64,000 nucleotides of DNA, taken from NCBI GenBank assembly GCA_034667005.1, contig JAXDKU010000023.1:5847-69846 (forward strand). Reading direction: 5' to 3'. Positions 49,070 through 61,206 of the stretch are shown here, in pieces. Position 1 is the first letter of the stretch, and every line of letters starts with the position of its first letter. The position numbers and the translations under genes are program-made. This stretch comes from Chloroflexota bacterium (lineage in GTDB: Bacteria > Chloroflexota > Limnocylindria > Limnocylindrales > CSP1-4). The notes beneath the pieces are model-generated. The model did not search any database. It was not told the origin of the DNA and saw only the letters and a program-made list of their open reading frames with translations.

Positions 49070-49726
49070 GTGAGCCAGCGCACGAGTCGCGTCGACGAGC
49101 TCCTGCGCGAGGAGATCAGCGGCATCGTCGCCAGGGAGATCCAGGATCCGCGCATCGGTTTCGTGACGATCACGGACGTCGAGGTGACTCGGGACCTGCG
49201 CCATGCCACGGTGTGGGTCTCCGTGATCGGCGACGAGAAGGCACGCCGGGAATCGCTGCGCGCGCTTTCCAACGCCATGCCGTTCGTGCGCCGCCGGCTC
49301 GGGGAGCTGCGCATCAAGCGCATCCCTGACCTGCACGTCAAGCACGACGACGCCGCCGAGCGCGGCACCCGCCTCTTGCGGATCCTCGATGAGCTCAGCG
49401 CCGGGGGCGATCCGGACATCCCGCCGATCACGGAGACGCTGCCGATCCCGCGCGGGCGCGGCCAGGGTGACGCCACGCAGATCATGGACGTCCCCGAGCC
49501 TGCCGCGGGCAGGGAGCCTGCCGCGGCCAGGGACCCTGCCGCGGCCAGCGAGCCTGCGCCGGCCACCCAGCCGGCGACGCGCCGCTCGCCGGCCAAGCGC
49601 CAGAGCGGGGCGACGCGGCAGAGCGCCAAACGGCAGAACGTGGCCAAACGGCAGGGCACCGCCGCGCGGCCGGCCGCGCCGGGCAAGCGTCACGCGCAGT
49701 CGCGCAAGGCCAACGATGTCGGCTGA
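49070..49726 (+). CDS. rbfA: Ribosome-binding factor A with a long repeat-containing tail
   Basis: RVDELLREEISGIVAREIQDPRIGFVTITDVEVTRDLRHATVWVSV. GTG start. About 110 aa of C-terminal extension. Confidence 0.9.
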   Translation: MSQRTSRVDELLREEISGIVAREIQDPRIGFVTITDVEVTRDLRHATVWVSVIGDEKARRESLRALSNAMPFVRRRLGELRIKRIPDLHVKHDDAAERGTRLLRILDELSAGGDPDIPPITETLPIPRGRGQGDATQIMDVPEPAAGREPAAARDPAAASEPAPATQPATRRSPAKRQSGATRQSAKRQNVAKRQGTAARPAAPGKRHAQSRKANDVG

Positions 49727-50765
49727 GCGCGGCAGCCGCCTCGTCTCGCTCACGCAAGCGGACCTCGCGGCCGTGCCTGCCGAGGTCGCCGCCCGGATCG
49801 CGTCCGCCCGGACCGTGATGACGGTCTGCCACCGGGATCCCGAGCCGGACGCGCTCGGCTCGGCGCTCGGGCTGGCGCTCGCACTCGAGTCGCGTGGCGC
49901 CACCGTGACGCCGGTCTGTTCCGATCCCGTCCCGGAGGCGTACCACTTCCTCCCGGGCATGGATCGCTTCCGGCAGGTCCCCGACCCGGACCTCGACTAC
50001 GACCTGATCGTGGTCGGCGACTGCGGCGATCTCGAGCGCGTCGGCAGCGTGCTCGAGTCCCACGCGGAGCTGTTCGCCAGGGTTCCGATCGTGGACATCG
50101 ACCACCACAAGTCGAACGTGGGCTTCGGCTCGCTCGACTGGATCGACCCGGAGGCCTCGGCCACCTGCGAGATGGTGACCCTGCTGGTGGCTCGCCTCGG
50201 CGTCCCGCTGGACGTCGCGGACGGCGCGATGGCTGCGAACCTGATGGCGGGCGTGGTGATCGACACGGCCAACTTCCAGCACCCCAACACCACGCCGCGC
50301 ACCCTGCGCGTGGCGAGCGAGCTGCGGGCCGCCGGGGCGCCCCTCTACGAGATCGCCCGGCGGCTGTACCGCACCAAGCCCAACGCGCAGCTGCGCATGT
50401 TCGGCCAGGTGCTCGCGCGCATCCAGACCCGCCTTGACGGCCGGCTGCTCTGGTCGGACCTGTTGCCGTCGGACTTCGCCGAGACCGGCGCCACGCCGCA
50501 GATGTCCGAGGGGCTCATCGACCTCCTCGCGCAATCGGAGAGCGGCGACGTGGCCATCGTCTTCAAGGACCAGGGCCCGCAGACGCGGATCAGCGTGCGG
50601 ACCCGTGACGGGGGCGTGGACGCGACCGTGCTGACCGGCACGTTCGGCGGGGGAGGGCACGCCCGTGCTGCCGGGGCCACGATCCAGCAGTCGCTCAACG
50701 AGGCTCGGCCGCGCGTTCTCGCGGAGGCAGAGCGGCTGATCGAGGAGCTGGGGGCGGCCAAATGA
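49716..50765 (+). CDS. nrnA: DHH-family oligoribonuclease/pAp phosphatase NrnA
   Basis: ATG 49716 (MSAERGS...). CHRDPEPDALGS, DIDHHKSN, GGGHARAAG. The upstream 109 track codons are Arg/Pro junk. Confidence 0.88.
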   Translation: MSAERGSRLVSLTQADLAAVPAEVAARIASARTVMTVCHRDPEPDALGSALGLALALESRGATVTPVCSDPVPEAYHFLPGMDRFRQVPDPDLDYDLIVVGDCGDLERVGSVLESHAELFARVPIVDIDHHKSNVGFGSLDWIDPEASATCEMVTLLVARLGVPLDVADGAMAANLMAGVVIDTANFQHPNTTPRTLRVASELRAAGAPLYEIARRLYRTKPNAQLRMFGQVLARIQTRLDGRLLWSDLLPSDFAETGATPQMSEGLIDLLAQSESGDVAIVFKDQGPQTRISVRTRDGGVDATVLTGTFGGGGHARAAGATIQQSLNEARPRVLAEAERLIEELGAAK

Positions 50766-51715
50766 GCAAGCGGCCCGCCGCGGGCCCGGAGCTCGACGGC
50801 GTGCTCGTCGTGGCGAAACCGGCTGGCCCGACCTCCCACGACATCGTCGCGCTGGTCCGCCGGCTGACGGGCGTGCGTCGCGTCGGCCACGGGGGGACGC
50901 TGGATCCGTTCGCGGCCGGGGTGCTGCCCATCTTCCTGGGCCACGCCACCCGTGTCGTCGAGTACCACCTCTCCGACACGAAGGAGTACCGGGCCGACGT
51001 CATCTTCGGGGCCCGCTCCACCACGGACGACCTGGATGGTGAGCTGGCCCCGTCCGACGTCCCCGCGCCGACGCGCGAGCAGCTCGAGGCCGCGCTGGAG
51101 GGCTTCCGCGGGGAGATCGAGCAGGTCCCTCCGGACTATTCGGCGGTCCGCGTGGCGGGCCGCCATGCGTATGAGCTCGCACGCCACGGCGAGAAGCCCG
51201 AGCTGCGCTCGCGCCGCGTCACGATCCTCGGCCTCGATCTGCTCGCGTGGAACGACAGCGACCCGTCGCGGCCGATCGCCACGCTGCACGTGCGCTGCTC
51301 CGCAGGGACCTACATCCGCGCGATCGCGCGCGACCTGGGCGAGGCGCTGGGGTCGGGCGCGTACCTGGCGGCTCTCACGCGGACCGCCAGCGGCCCGTTC
51401 ACCCTCGAGCGCGCCCACCCGCTCGAGAAGGTCCGCGAGGCGCTTGCCAACGGCAGGGCGGCGGCGATGCTGCTGCCGCCGGACGTCGGCCTGGATGCCT
51501 ACCCGCGCGTCTCACTGGGCGGCGAGGATCTCGGGGCGCTCGCTCGCGGCCAGGTGATCCGCCATCACGCGAGCCACGGCCTCACGGCCGGCCCGCAGGG
51601 GTTGCTCCGCGTCGTGGACGGCAGCGGCCGGCTGGCGGCCATCGCCCGGCTGGAGGGCGGCCGCCTCTATCCCGAGAAGGTCTTCGTCTCTGTCGCCGGC
51701 GCAGCCGCGCCCTGA
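50762..51715 (+). CDS. truB: tRNA pseudouridine(55) synthase
   Basis: VVAKPAGPTSHDIV, GHGGTLDPFAAGVLPI. ATGA overlap with nrnA. Confidence 0.93.
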   Translation: MSKRPAAGPELDGVLVVAKPAGPTSHDIVALVRRLTGVRRVGHGGTLDPFAAGVLPIFLGHATRVVEYHLSDTKEYRADVIFGARSTTDDLDGELAPSDVPAPTREQLEAALEGFRGEIEQVPPDYSAVRVAGRHAYELARHGEKPELRSRRVTILGLDLLAWNDSDPSRPIATLHVRCSAGTYIRAIARDLGEALGSGAYLAALTRTASGPFTLERAHPLEKVREALANGRAAAMLLPPDVGLDAYPRVSLGGEDLGALARGQVIRHHASHGLTAGPQGLLRVVDGSGRLAAIARLEGGRLYPEKVFVSVAGAAAP

Positions 51716-51725
51716 GGCGCTGCCG

Positions 51726-52673
51726 GTGGAGGTGATCGACGGCGTCGACGCGCTCCCGGCGGGCCTGCGCTTCGTCGCGACCCTCGGAATCTTCGACGGG
51801 ATGCATCGCGGCCACGCGGCGGTGCTTGCCACCACCGCACGGCACGCCGCCGAGCTGGATGCCGTGCCGGTGGTGATCACGTTCGAGCCGCATCCCGATG
51901 CCGTGCTGCGTGGCACCACGCCGCCGCTCTGCTGCGACGCCGACGAGAAGCTCACGCGGATCGGGGCCAGTGGGATCGCCACGGTTGTGGTCCAGCCGTT
52001 CGACGCCGCGTTCTCGCAGCAGAGTGCCGAGGACTTCGTGGAGCGGCTCCGCCGTGGTCGCGACCTGCGTGGCCTGGTGATGTCGTCTGAATCCGCCTTC
52101 GGCCACGACCGCGCGGGAACGGCGCGGACGCTGCGGCACCTCGCCGAAGAGGAGGGCTGGCGCCTGGTGGAGCTGCCCACCCTCGAGCGTGCCGGCGGGC
52201 GCGTCTCGGCCGGACGCATCCGCGAGCTCGTGGAACGGGGGCGCCTGCGGGCTGCGGCGGATCTGCTCGGCCGTCCATACGCCGTGACCGGCGAGGTGGT
52301 CCACGGCGACGCGCGCGGCCGCGAGCTGGGCTTTCCGACGGCGAACCTGCGCTTCCCCGCGGACGTCGCGCTGCCGCCCAACGGCATCTACGCGGTGCGC
52401 GCCGCGTGGGGCGGGGACGATCCCCTGAGCCCTGAGCACACCGCGGACGGCGTTGCATCGCTCGGAGTGCGGCCGACGTTCGGCGGGGGCGGCAACCGGC
52501 TGCTGGAGGTGCACCTGCTGGACTTCGACGGCGACCTGTACGGCGAGGACATGCGCGTCGAGTTCGTCCGCCGCCAACGCGGCGAGAAGCGCTTCGGTTC
52601 GGCGGACGCGCTGGTTCGGCAGATGGAGCGCGATCGCGAGCGGGCCCGGGAGATCCTCGCCGCGTCTCGATAG
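51726..52673 (+). CDS. ribF: Bifunctional riboflavin kinase/FMN adenylyltransferase
   Basis: GIFDGMHRGH, VVHGDARGRELGFPTANL. Confidence 0.92.
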   Translation: MEVIDGVDALPAGLRFVATLGIFDGMHRGHAAVLATTARHAAELDAVPVVITFEPHPDAVLRGTTPPLCCDADEKLTRIGASGIATVVVQPFDAAFSQQSAEDFVERLRRGRDLRGLVMSSESAFGHDRAGTARTLRHLAEEEGWRLVELPTLERAGGRVSAGRIRELVERGRLRAAADLLGRPYAVTGEVVHGDARGRELGFPTANLRFPADVALPPNGIYAVRAAWGGDDPLSPEHTADGVASLGVRPTFGGGGNRLLEVHLLDFDGDLYGEDMRVEFVRRQRGEKRFGSADALVRQMERDRERAREILAASR

Positions 52674-52807
52674 CGTCCCCAGGTCACGAGAGCGGTCACC
52701 CGGGTCAGCCCGGGGGCTCCGGACGCAGCCCCGACGGGTCGACTTCCGGCCAGAAGTCTGACCTTCGACCTATTGAGGGGCGCCGAGCAGAACGGAATAG
52801 TGGACGC

Positions 52808-53904
52808 ATGACAGGAGCGTCCGGATGGGGGGCGACCCAGTTCAGTCTCAGCGCTGCAGCGGACGGTCCGCTCGTCGTCGTCGCGGATGACGACGAGGCC
52901 GGCCGCCACCTCATGGTGGTCCTGCTCGAGCGAGCGGGATGCCGCGTGGTCCAGGCTGCGGACGGTCACCAGGCAATTGCCGCCGCGACGGCACACGACC
53001 CCGACCTGATCCTGCTCGACGTCCAGATGCCGGGGCCGAGCGGAATCGAGGTCACCAGGCAGCTGCGAGCGCGACCGGCCACGGCCATCACCCCGATCAT
53101 CCTGGTCACGGGTCTGGGCGAGACGGCCGACAAGGTCGCCGGCCTGGACGCCGGCGCGTCGGATTTCATCACGAAGCCCTTCGACCGCGCCGATCTGCTG
53201 GCCCGGGTGCGCGCCGGCCTGCGGATGAAGGCGGCCACGGATCGCCTCGAGGACGCCCAGTCCGTCCTGGTGGTGCTGGCGACCGCCATCGAGGCGAAGG
53301 ACTCCATGACCGAGCACCATTGCAGCCGGCTGGCCACGCATGCGGTCGGGCTCGCCCGCCTCATGCAGCTGCCCGAATCCATGATCGAGGCGATCGGCTA
53401 CGGAGCCGTCCTGCACGACGTCGGCAAGATCGGCGTTCCCGAGGCCATCCTCCGCAAGCCCGGCCCGCTATCGCCCGACGAGTGGGTGGAGATGCGCCAG
53501 CATTCGCACATCGGCTCGAGGATCGTGCAGCCGCTGCGCCTCGGCCGGCTGGTGGCGCCGATCGTGCGGGGCCACCACGAGCGCTTCGATGGCGCCGGCT
53601 ACCCCGACGGACTGGCCGGGTCGCGGATCGCGATCGGCGCGCGGATCGTCACCGTCGTCGACTCGTACGACGCGATCGTCAACGACCGCCCCTACCGCGC
53701 CGGCAGGAGCCCCGAAGAGGCCATGGACGAGCTGAGGCGCGGGCGGGGGAGCCAGTTCGATCCGGACGTCGTGGAGCTGTTCATCAGCCAGTTCACCCAC
53801 CTGTCGGAGTCGTCGGAGGGCCGCGCGGAAGCGCACACGCGCGGGCTCCGGGCACCGGGGCCTGACCCCGACTACCAGCTCGAGCTCGCGGAACGGAGCC
53901 TTTC

Positions 53905-53920
<16 letters not shown>
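52808..53920 (+). CDS. Response regulator with HD-GYP phosphodiesterase domain (RpfG-like)
   Basis: REC domain (VVADDDE...LILLDVQMP...ITKPF). HD-GYP domain (LHDVGKIGVP, HHERFDGAGYPDGL). Confidence 0.9.
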
Positions 53921-56552
<2,632 letters not shown>

Positions 56553-56556
<4 letters not shown>

Positions 56557-56984
56557 GCGCGGACGGCGGCGCCGGCGATCGGCCGCTGCGATTCCTGGTG
56601 GTCGAGGATGACCCCACGAATCGCCTGCTGCTCCGCGCGGTGCTCGGCCGGGCAGCAGATCCCTCGGTCCGGGGCGCCGACGTCAACGAGGCGACCACCC
56701 TCCAAGAGGCGCGCGACGTCCTCGCCGTCCACCGGCCCGACCTGATCTTCCTGGACATCCGGCTTCCGGACGGCAACGGGCTGGATCTCGCGAGGGAGCT
56801 GCTGGCGGCGCCCGCAGAGCGGCACCCGTGCCTGCTAGTGATGAGCGCCAGCGTGCTCCAGGCCGACAGGGATCTGGTCATGGCCAGCGGCTGCGACGCG
56901 TTCGTCGGCAAGCCCTACCGTCCGCAGGAGCTCCTCGACGCCATCGGGGGCCTGCTCGAGCGCGCGCCGGCCGGCTCCGGCTAG
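56553..56984 (+). CDS. Single-domain response regulator
   Basis: GTG 56553 overlaps the kinase stop (GTGA). FLVVEDDPTNRLLL...IFLDIRLPDGNG...VGKPY. Confidence 0.85.
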
Positions 56985-56994
56985 CCGGGTTCGC

Positions 56995-58212
56995 CTACGC
57001 GGCCGGCGGGGCGCGCCTTGGCCACGTCTGGAGCAGCATTGCAGCCGCGCGGCCTGCCGCCTGTGCCGTCTCGGAGGACCGGCGCGCGACCGCGAGCGCG
57101 AGGGACCCCGCGGTCAATGCCTGCAGCTGCGCGGCCTTCTCCGCCGTCTCGTCATAGCCGAGCGCATCCAGCCTGCGGCGGAACCAGTCCTCGACCTCCT
57201 GGAGGTACTCGAGGATGACGCGACACGCCGGATGGTCCTGGCTCCCGATCTCCATGGCCGTGTTGAGGTAGGGGCACCCTCGGAAGCCATCGGATTCCAG
57301 CCAGGCGGCCACGGACTCGTAGAAGCGCGGGATCACCTCCATGTCCGATGACGCCTGCGCCGTGGCCTCGGCGCTCACGCTGTCGATCCATCGGGTCCGG
57401 GGATCGCGCAGCCAGGCCACCACCAGGTCGTCCTTGGACGGGAAGTGGCGGTAGAAGGTCGCCTTCGCGACCCCCGCGGTCGCGATCAGCGCGTCGACCC
57501 CGGAGGCGACCACACCCTGGTCATGGAAGTGCCGTGCGGCGGCCTCCATGATCCGCTCCCTGGCCGTGCCAGGGCCGGGAACCGGAGCCTGGGCGGGACG
57601 CAGGACGCCTCCCACGATCGCGACGGCGTGGAGCGCAAGCACGTCCACGATCGTGCCCGCGCTGTGCCGCCCCAGGTCATAGGCGCACACGACCGGGTCC
57701 GGGTAGCGTTGGAGCAGCTCGTCGAGGTGCGCCTCGTACGCGAGAAGATCGCTCGAGCGCGCCCCATCCAGCAGCGCCCAGTCCATGTTCGCCACGATCC
57801 AGGTCAGCGCGTATCCCTCGGCTCGCGCCCGCTCCAGTGTCTCGCGCATGAATGTCACGGCCGCCGTGACGTCGAAGTGCCCGGCGCGGAGGAAGGCCTC
57901 ATCCCAGGTGAGGATGGCCAGGCGGCCGGCCGCCAGGGCGGCGGGCACGTCCACGCCCGCCTGGACGAGTGCCTCCAGGTGGTCGCTCCACTGGCGGGGA
58001 TCCACGATCTCGATGGCCCGCTCGCCCCGCTCCAGCCCGTCCGCGATGAAGGGACCGAGTGTTCGGTGCGCTTCGGAGGCGTCGCGAAACAGGCCGCACA
58101 CATGCCGCTGATCGGGGAGGTCGCCACCCGCAAGTCGGATCGCGCCCGAGGCGTGGAGTGAGGGCAAAACGCGAGGCTCCTCGGAATCTGGCTCAGCTCC
58201 GAGGATAGACAC
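56995..58212 (-). CDS. MEDS sensory domain fused to a complete TetR/AcrR-family regulator
   Basis: N-terminal half is MEDS-like (HVCGLFRDASEAHRTLGPFIADGLERGERAIEIV...VVCAYD). C-terminal half is TetR HTH (RERIMEAAARHFHDQGVVASGVDALIATAGVAKATFYRHFPSKDDLV) plus a ligand domain. GTG start. Confidence 0.8.
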   Translation of the reverse strand: MSILGAEPDSEEPRVLPSLHASGAIRLAGGDLPDQRHVCGLFRDASEAHRTLGPFIADGLERGERAIEIVDPRQWSDHLEALVQAGVDVPAALAAGRLAILTWDEAFLRAGHFDVTAAVTFMRETLERARAEGYALTWIVANMDWALLDGARSSDLLAYEAHLDELLQRYPDPVVCAYDLGRHSAGTIVDVLALHAVAIVGGVLRPAQAPVPGPGTARERIMEAAARHFHDQGVVASGVDALIATAGVAKATFYRHFPSKDDLVVAWLRDPRTRWIDSVSAEATAQASSDMEVIPRFYESVAAWLESDGFRGCPYLNTAMEIGSQDHPACRVILEYLQEVEDWFRRRLDALGYDETAEKAAQLQALTAGSLALAVARRSSETAQAAGRAAAMLLQTWPRRAPPAA

Positions 58213-58217
58213 GCCCT

Positions 58218-58281
58218 GTCTGCGTGACTAGATACGGTCTGTCTCATGGCAGACGACTCTGTCTTGCAGGTCTGCTAGCAT
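58218..58281. promoter_or_regulatory. Divergent control region with reiterated GTCTG(C) boxes and an extended -10 (TGcTAGCAT)
   Basis: GTCTGC at 58218-58223 and 58270-58275. GCAGAC at 58249-58254. GTCTGT at 58237-58242. TGcTAGCAT at 58273-58281. Confidence 0.4.
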
Positions 58282-58297
58282 CGCCTCGTTCGCCGCC

Positions 58298-59005
58298 TTG
58301 GATCGCGGTGGTCCGTACCGTGGGTCGAGCTTGACCGTTAGCGACCCGACCATCCTCAGTGGAGAGGTGGTCGATGATTGTTTTCGCGGCGCCAATCCGA
58401 CCTCTCGTCAGCATCTGATCCGCACGGCCTGGGTGCGTCGGATCGGCCGCGACGAGACCGTGTACCGGCAAGGTGAGCCACCCGTCGTCGTCGTGGTGCT
58501 GGACGGCCACCTCGCAATGCGGCGCACGACGCTGGATGGGCGGCAGCTGATGCCGGAGATCCTGTCCCGTGGTCGCATCGCGGGCCTGGCCGCCGTGGCG
58601 TCGCGGCCCGCCATCGTCGACTTGTTCGCCTTGACCGAGGCCGAGATCGCGACCTGGATCGGGCCGGAGATCCGTTTCCTGGCAGGCCAGGACCCCGGCC
58701 TTGCGCTGGACGTCATCGACATCGCGCTTTCCTCTGTGGAGATTCTCTCGACCCGCCTGGACAGCCTCCTGTACCAGGATGCCCGGAGACGCGTCGCCAG
58801 GGTTCTCATGCTCTATCGAGCACTGTTCTTCGACCCGCCCGTGGTCCTGACGAAGTCACATCTGCCCGCGCTGGTGGGCACGAGTCGCGAGATGACCGGG
58901 CGGGTGCTGCGCGAGCTCGAGTCCGAGGGCCTCGTTCAGCGGTGTGAGTCCGGCAACCTGTGCCTCACGGACGCGGCGGGGCTGGCGCGCGTCGCAACGT
59001 CCTGA
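58298..59005 (+). CDS. Crp/Fnr family transcriptional regulator
   Basis: cNMP-binding-like beta-roll (VYRQGEPPVVVVVLDGHLAMRR) and C-terminal HTH (SREMTGRVLRELESEGLV). TTG start is uncertain. Confidence 0.82.
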   Translation: MDRGGPYRGSSLTVSDPTILSGEVVDDCFRGANPTSRQHLIRTAWVRRIGRDETVYRQGEPPVVVVVLDGHLAMRRTTLDGRQLMPEILSRGRIAGLAAVASRPAIVDLFALTEAEIATWIGPEIRFLAGQDPGLALDVIDIALSSVEILSTRLDSLLYQDARRRVARVLMLYRALFFDPPVVLTKSHLPALVGTSREMTGRVLRELESEGLVQRCESGNLCLTDAAGLARVATS

Positions 59006-59160
59006 GCACGCGGGGATCCGCCTCCAGCCGCGGAACATGTTCCTCGCGTTCGCTCCGCGCGGATGCCATCGTGAAACGACCCTGACGACGGGACCGGGGG
59101 AGCACATGAGGGAGCGCGCCGTGAACGACCGCACGAAGGGTCCGTCCGTGAGCGGAGCAC

Positions 59161-61206
59161 GTGCCCGCGGATGACCCCGCGGCGGGCGAAGTCGCAGTCC
59201 ATCTGCGGCTCCGCAGCAGTCGGGTGACGCAGGTGCCGACCGTTGGAGCCCGGGGCCACCGGGCCGGCATGGCCTCGGTTCCGCTCGCCGTCCTGGAGGC
59301 GTCGCCCGCCGCCGTCGTCGCGGTCGACCACGGCGGCCTGGTCGTCTACGCGAACCGGAAGGCCCAGGAGCTGTTCGGGTACGTCGCGAGCGAGATCGTC
59401 GACCGTCCCATCGAACGCCTGATCCCGGACTGGGTCATGAAGCGGCACCTCCGGAATCGCTCGGAGTTCCCCGAGCGGCCGGTGGCGCGCTCCATGGGTA
59501 TTGGCATGGACCTCTCGGGACGGCGCAAGGACGGCACGGACTTCCCGGTCGAGATCAGCCTCACCCCGGTTCAGACGACCGACGGCGCCGAGGTGTTCGC
59601 GACGATCGTCGATATCACCGCGCGGAAGGAGGCGGAGCGCGCGCTCGCGCAGAGTGAGCGGCGACTCACGGCCGTCCTGGATGGAACGCCCAACCCCGTT
59701 GTCGGCGTCGATGCGAGCGGTCTCATCGTCTACGTCAACCAACCGGCCGAGGAGACCTTCGGCTACACCACCGGCGAGCTCCTCGGCCAGCCCGTCGAGA
59801 TGCTCCTGCCCGAGAGCGTCGTCGGGCGGCACGTGGCGCATCGCGAGGCATACGTCGGCCACCCCGTCGCACGGCCGATGGGTATCGGCCTGGACCTGGA
59901 GGCGCGACGCAAGGACGGGCGCCACTTCCCGGCAGAGATCAGCCTCTCGCCGGTGGAGACGGCCGAGGGCTACCAGATCTTCGCGCAGATCGTGGACATC
60001 ACGGCTCGAAAGACGGCGGAGGCCGAGCTGCTCCAGGCTCAGAAGCTCGAGTCCATCGGTCGGCTCGCCGGGGGGATCGCCCACGACTTCAACAACGTGC
60101 TCTTCGCGATCAATGGCTACGCCGAGATGCTCGAGGAGGACCTCGCACCGGGAAGGCGCGACAGCCTCGACGTGGACGACGCTCGACGAAGCGTGGTCGC
60201 GATCCGCACTGCCGGAGAGCGCGGTGCCACGCTCACCGCGCAGCTGCTCGCCTTCAGCAGGCAGCAGGTCCTCAGCCCGAAGGTCATCGACGTGGACGCC
60301 GCCGTGCGCGCAGTCGAGCCGATGCTGCGGCGGCTGATCGGCGAGAACGTTCACCTCGCCCTGGTGCCAGGCTCCAAGGGCGGCCGGATCCGCCTCGATC
60401 CCGGGCAGATGGACCAGATTCTGGTCAACCTGGTCGTCAACGCGCGTGACGCCATGTCCGGCGGGGGCACGGTCACCATCCAGACCGGTCGGGTGGACTT
60501 CGGCGAGCGGGACGCCCTCGAGCACGTGCTTGCCACGCCGGGCCAGTACGTTGTGCTGGCGGTGAGCGACACCGGCGAGGGGATGGACCGCGAGACGCGC
60601 GAACACATCTTCGAGCCGTTTTTCACGACCAAGGAGCGCGGGCACGGCACCGGCCTGGGTCTGGCCACGATCTACGGCATCGTTCAGCAGGCCGGCGGCC
60701 ACGTCTGGGTCTATTCAGAGCTCGGCCTTGGGGCCGTGTTCAAGCTGTACTTCCCGGCCGTGGAGGAGCTGGCGTCGGAAGAGGCCCTGGTGGCCGACCA
60801 TGGCTCAACCGCCGCGGTGGGAAGCGTCCTCGTGGTCGAGGACGAGCCTGCGGTCCGGGACATGATCTGCAGGCTCCTCCAGCGGGCGGGATATGAGTTC
60901 GAGACCGTCGGCGGTCCCTCCGAGGCGCTCGAGATGATGGAACGCAGGGACACGCCGATCGACGTGCTGCTGTCCGACGTCGTGATGCCGGAGATGTCGG
61001 GGATCGAGCTCGCGGAGCTGGTCCTGGAACGCCACCCGCACGTCGGCGTGGTGCTGCTCTCCGGCTACACCGAGGAGACCCTGGACCTGGCCCGCATCCG
61101 AGAGCGCGGCGCGATGTTCGTCGCGAAGCCGGTCGCGGGCCAGGACCTGCTGCGGGCGATTCGCTCCGTCTGCCGGACGGCTCGGACCCGAGGACAGGCA
61201 TCGTGA
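59161..61206 (+). CDS. PAS-PAS hybrid histidine kinase with C-terminal receiver
   Basis: Two PAS repeats ([23 protein letters not shown]; [23 protein letters not shown]). H-box [44 protein letters not shown] 59269 is an alternative start. Confidence 0.88.
   Translation: MPADDPAAGEVAVHLRLRSSRVTQVPTVGARGHRAGMASVPLAVLEASPAAVVAVDHGGLVVYANRKAQELFGYVASEIVDRPIERLIPDWVMKRHLRNRSEFPERPVARSMGIGMDLSGRRKDGTDFPVEISLTPVQTTDGAEVFATIVDITARKEAERALAQSERRLTAVLDGTPNPVVGVDASGLIVYVNQPAEETFGYTTGELLGQPVEMLLPESVVGRHVAHREAYVGHPVARPMGIGLDLEARRKDGRHFPAEISLSPVETAEGYQIFAQIVDITARKTAEAELLQAQKLESIGRLAGGIAHDFNNVLFAINGYAEMLEEDLAPGRRDSLDVDDARRSVVAIRTAGERGATLTAQLLAFSRQQVLSPKVIDVDAAVRAVEPMLRRLIGENVHLALVPGSKGGRIRLDPGQMDQILVNLVVNARDAMSGGGTVTIQTGRVDFGERDALEHVLATPGQYVVLAVSDTGEGMDRETREHIFEPFFTTKERGHGTGLGLATIYGIVQQAGGHVWVYSELGLGAVFKLYFPAVEELASEEALVADHGSTAAVGSVLVVEDEPAVRDMICRLLQRAGYEFETVGGPSEALEMMERRDTPIDVLLSDVVMPEMSGIELAELVLERHPHVGVVLLSGYTEETLDLARIRERGAMFVAKPVAGQDLLRAIRSVCRTARTRGQAS

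Noticed and set aside
52715-52745. c-di-GMP-I (GEMM) riboswitch upstream of the HD-GYP gene (GGACGCAGCCCC resembles GGGACGCAAAGCC)
   Set aside because: The partner P1 element (…CAGGGCAAACC… with tetraloop/receptor) is not present, and a single short match is insufficient.
59032-59043. LexA/Cheo-type SOS box
   Set aside because: The Cheo box is GAAC-N4-GTTC. Here the half-sites are separated by only 2 nt (GAAC-AT-GTTC).
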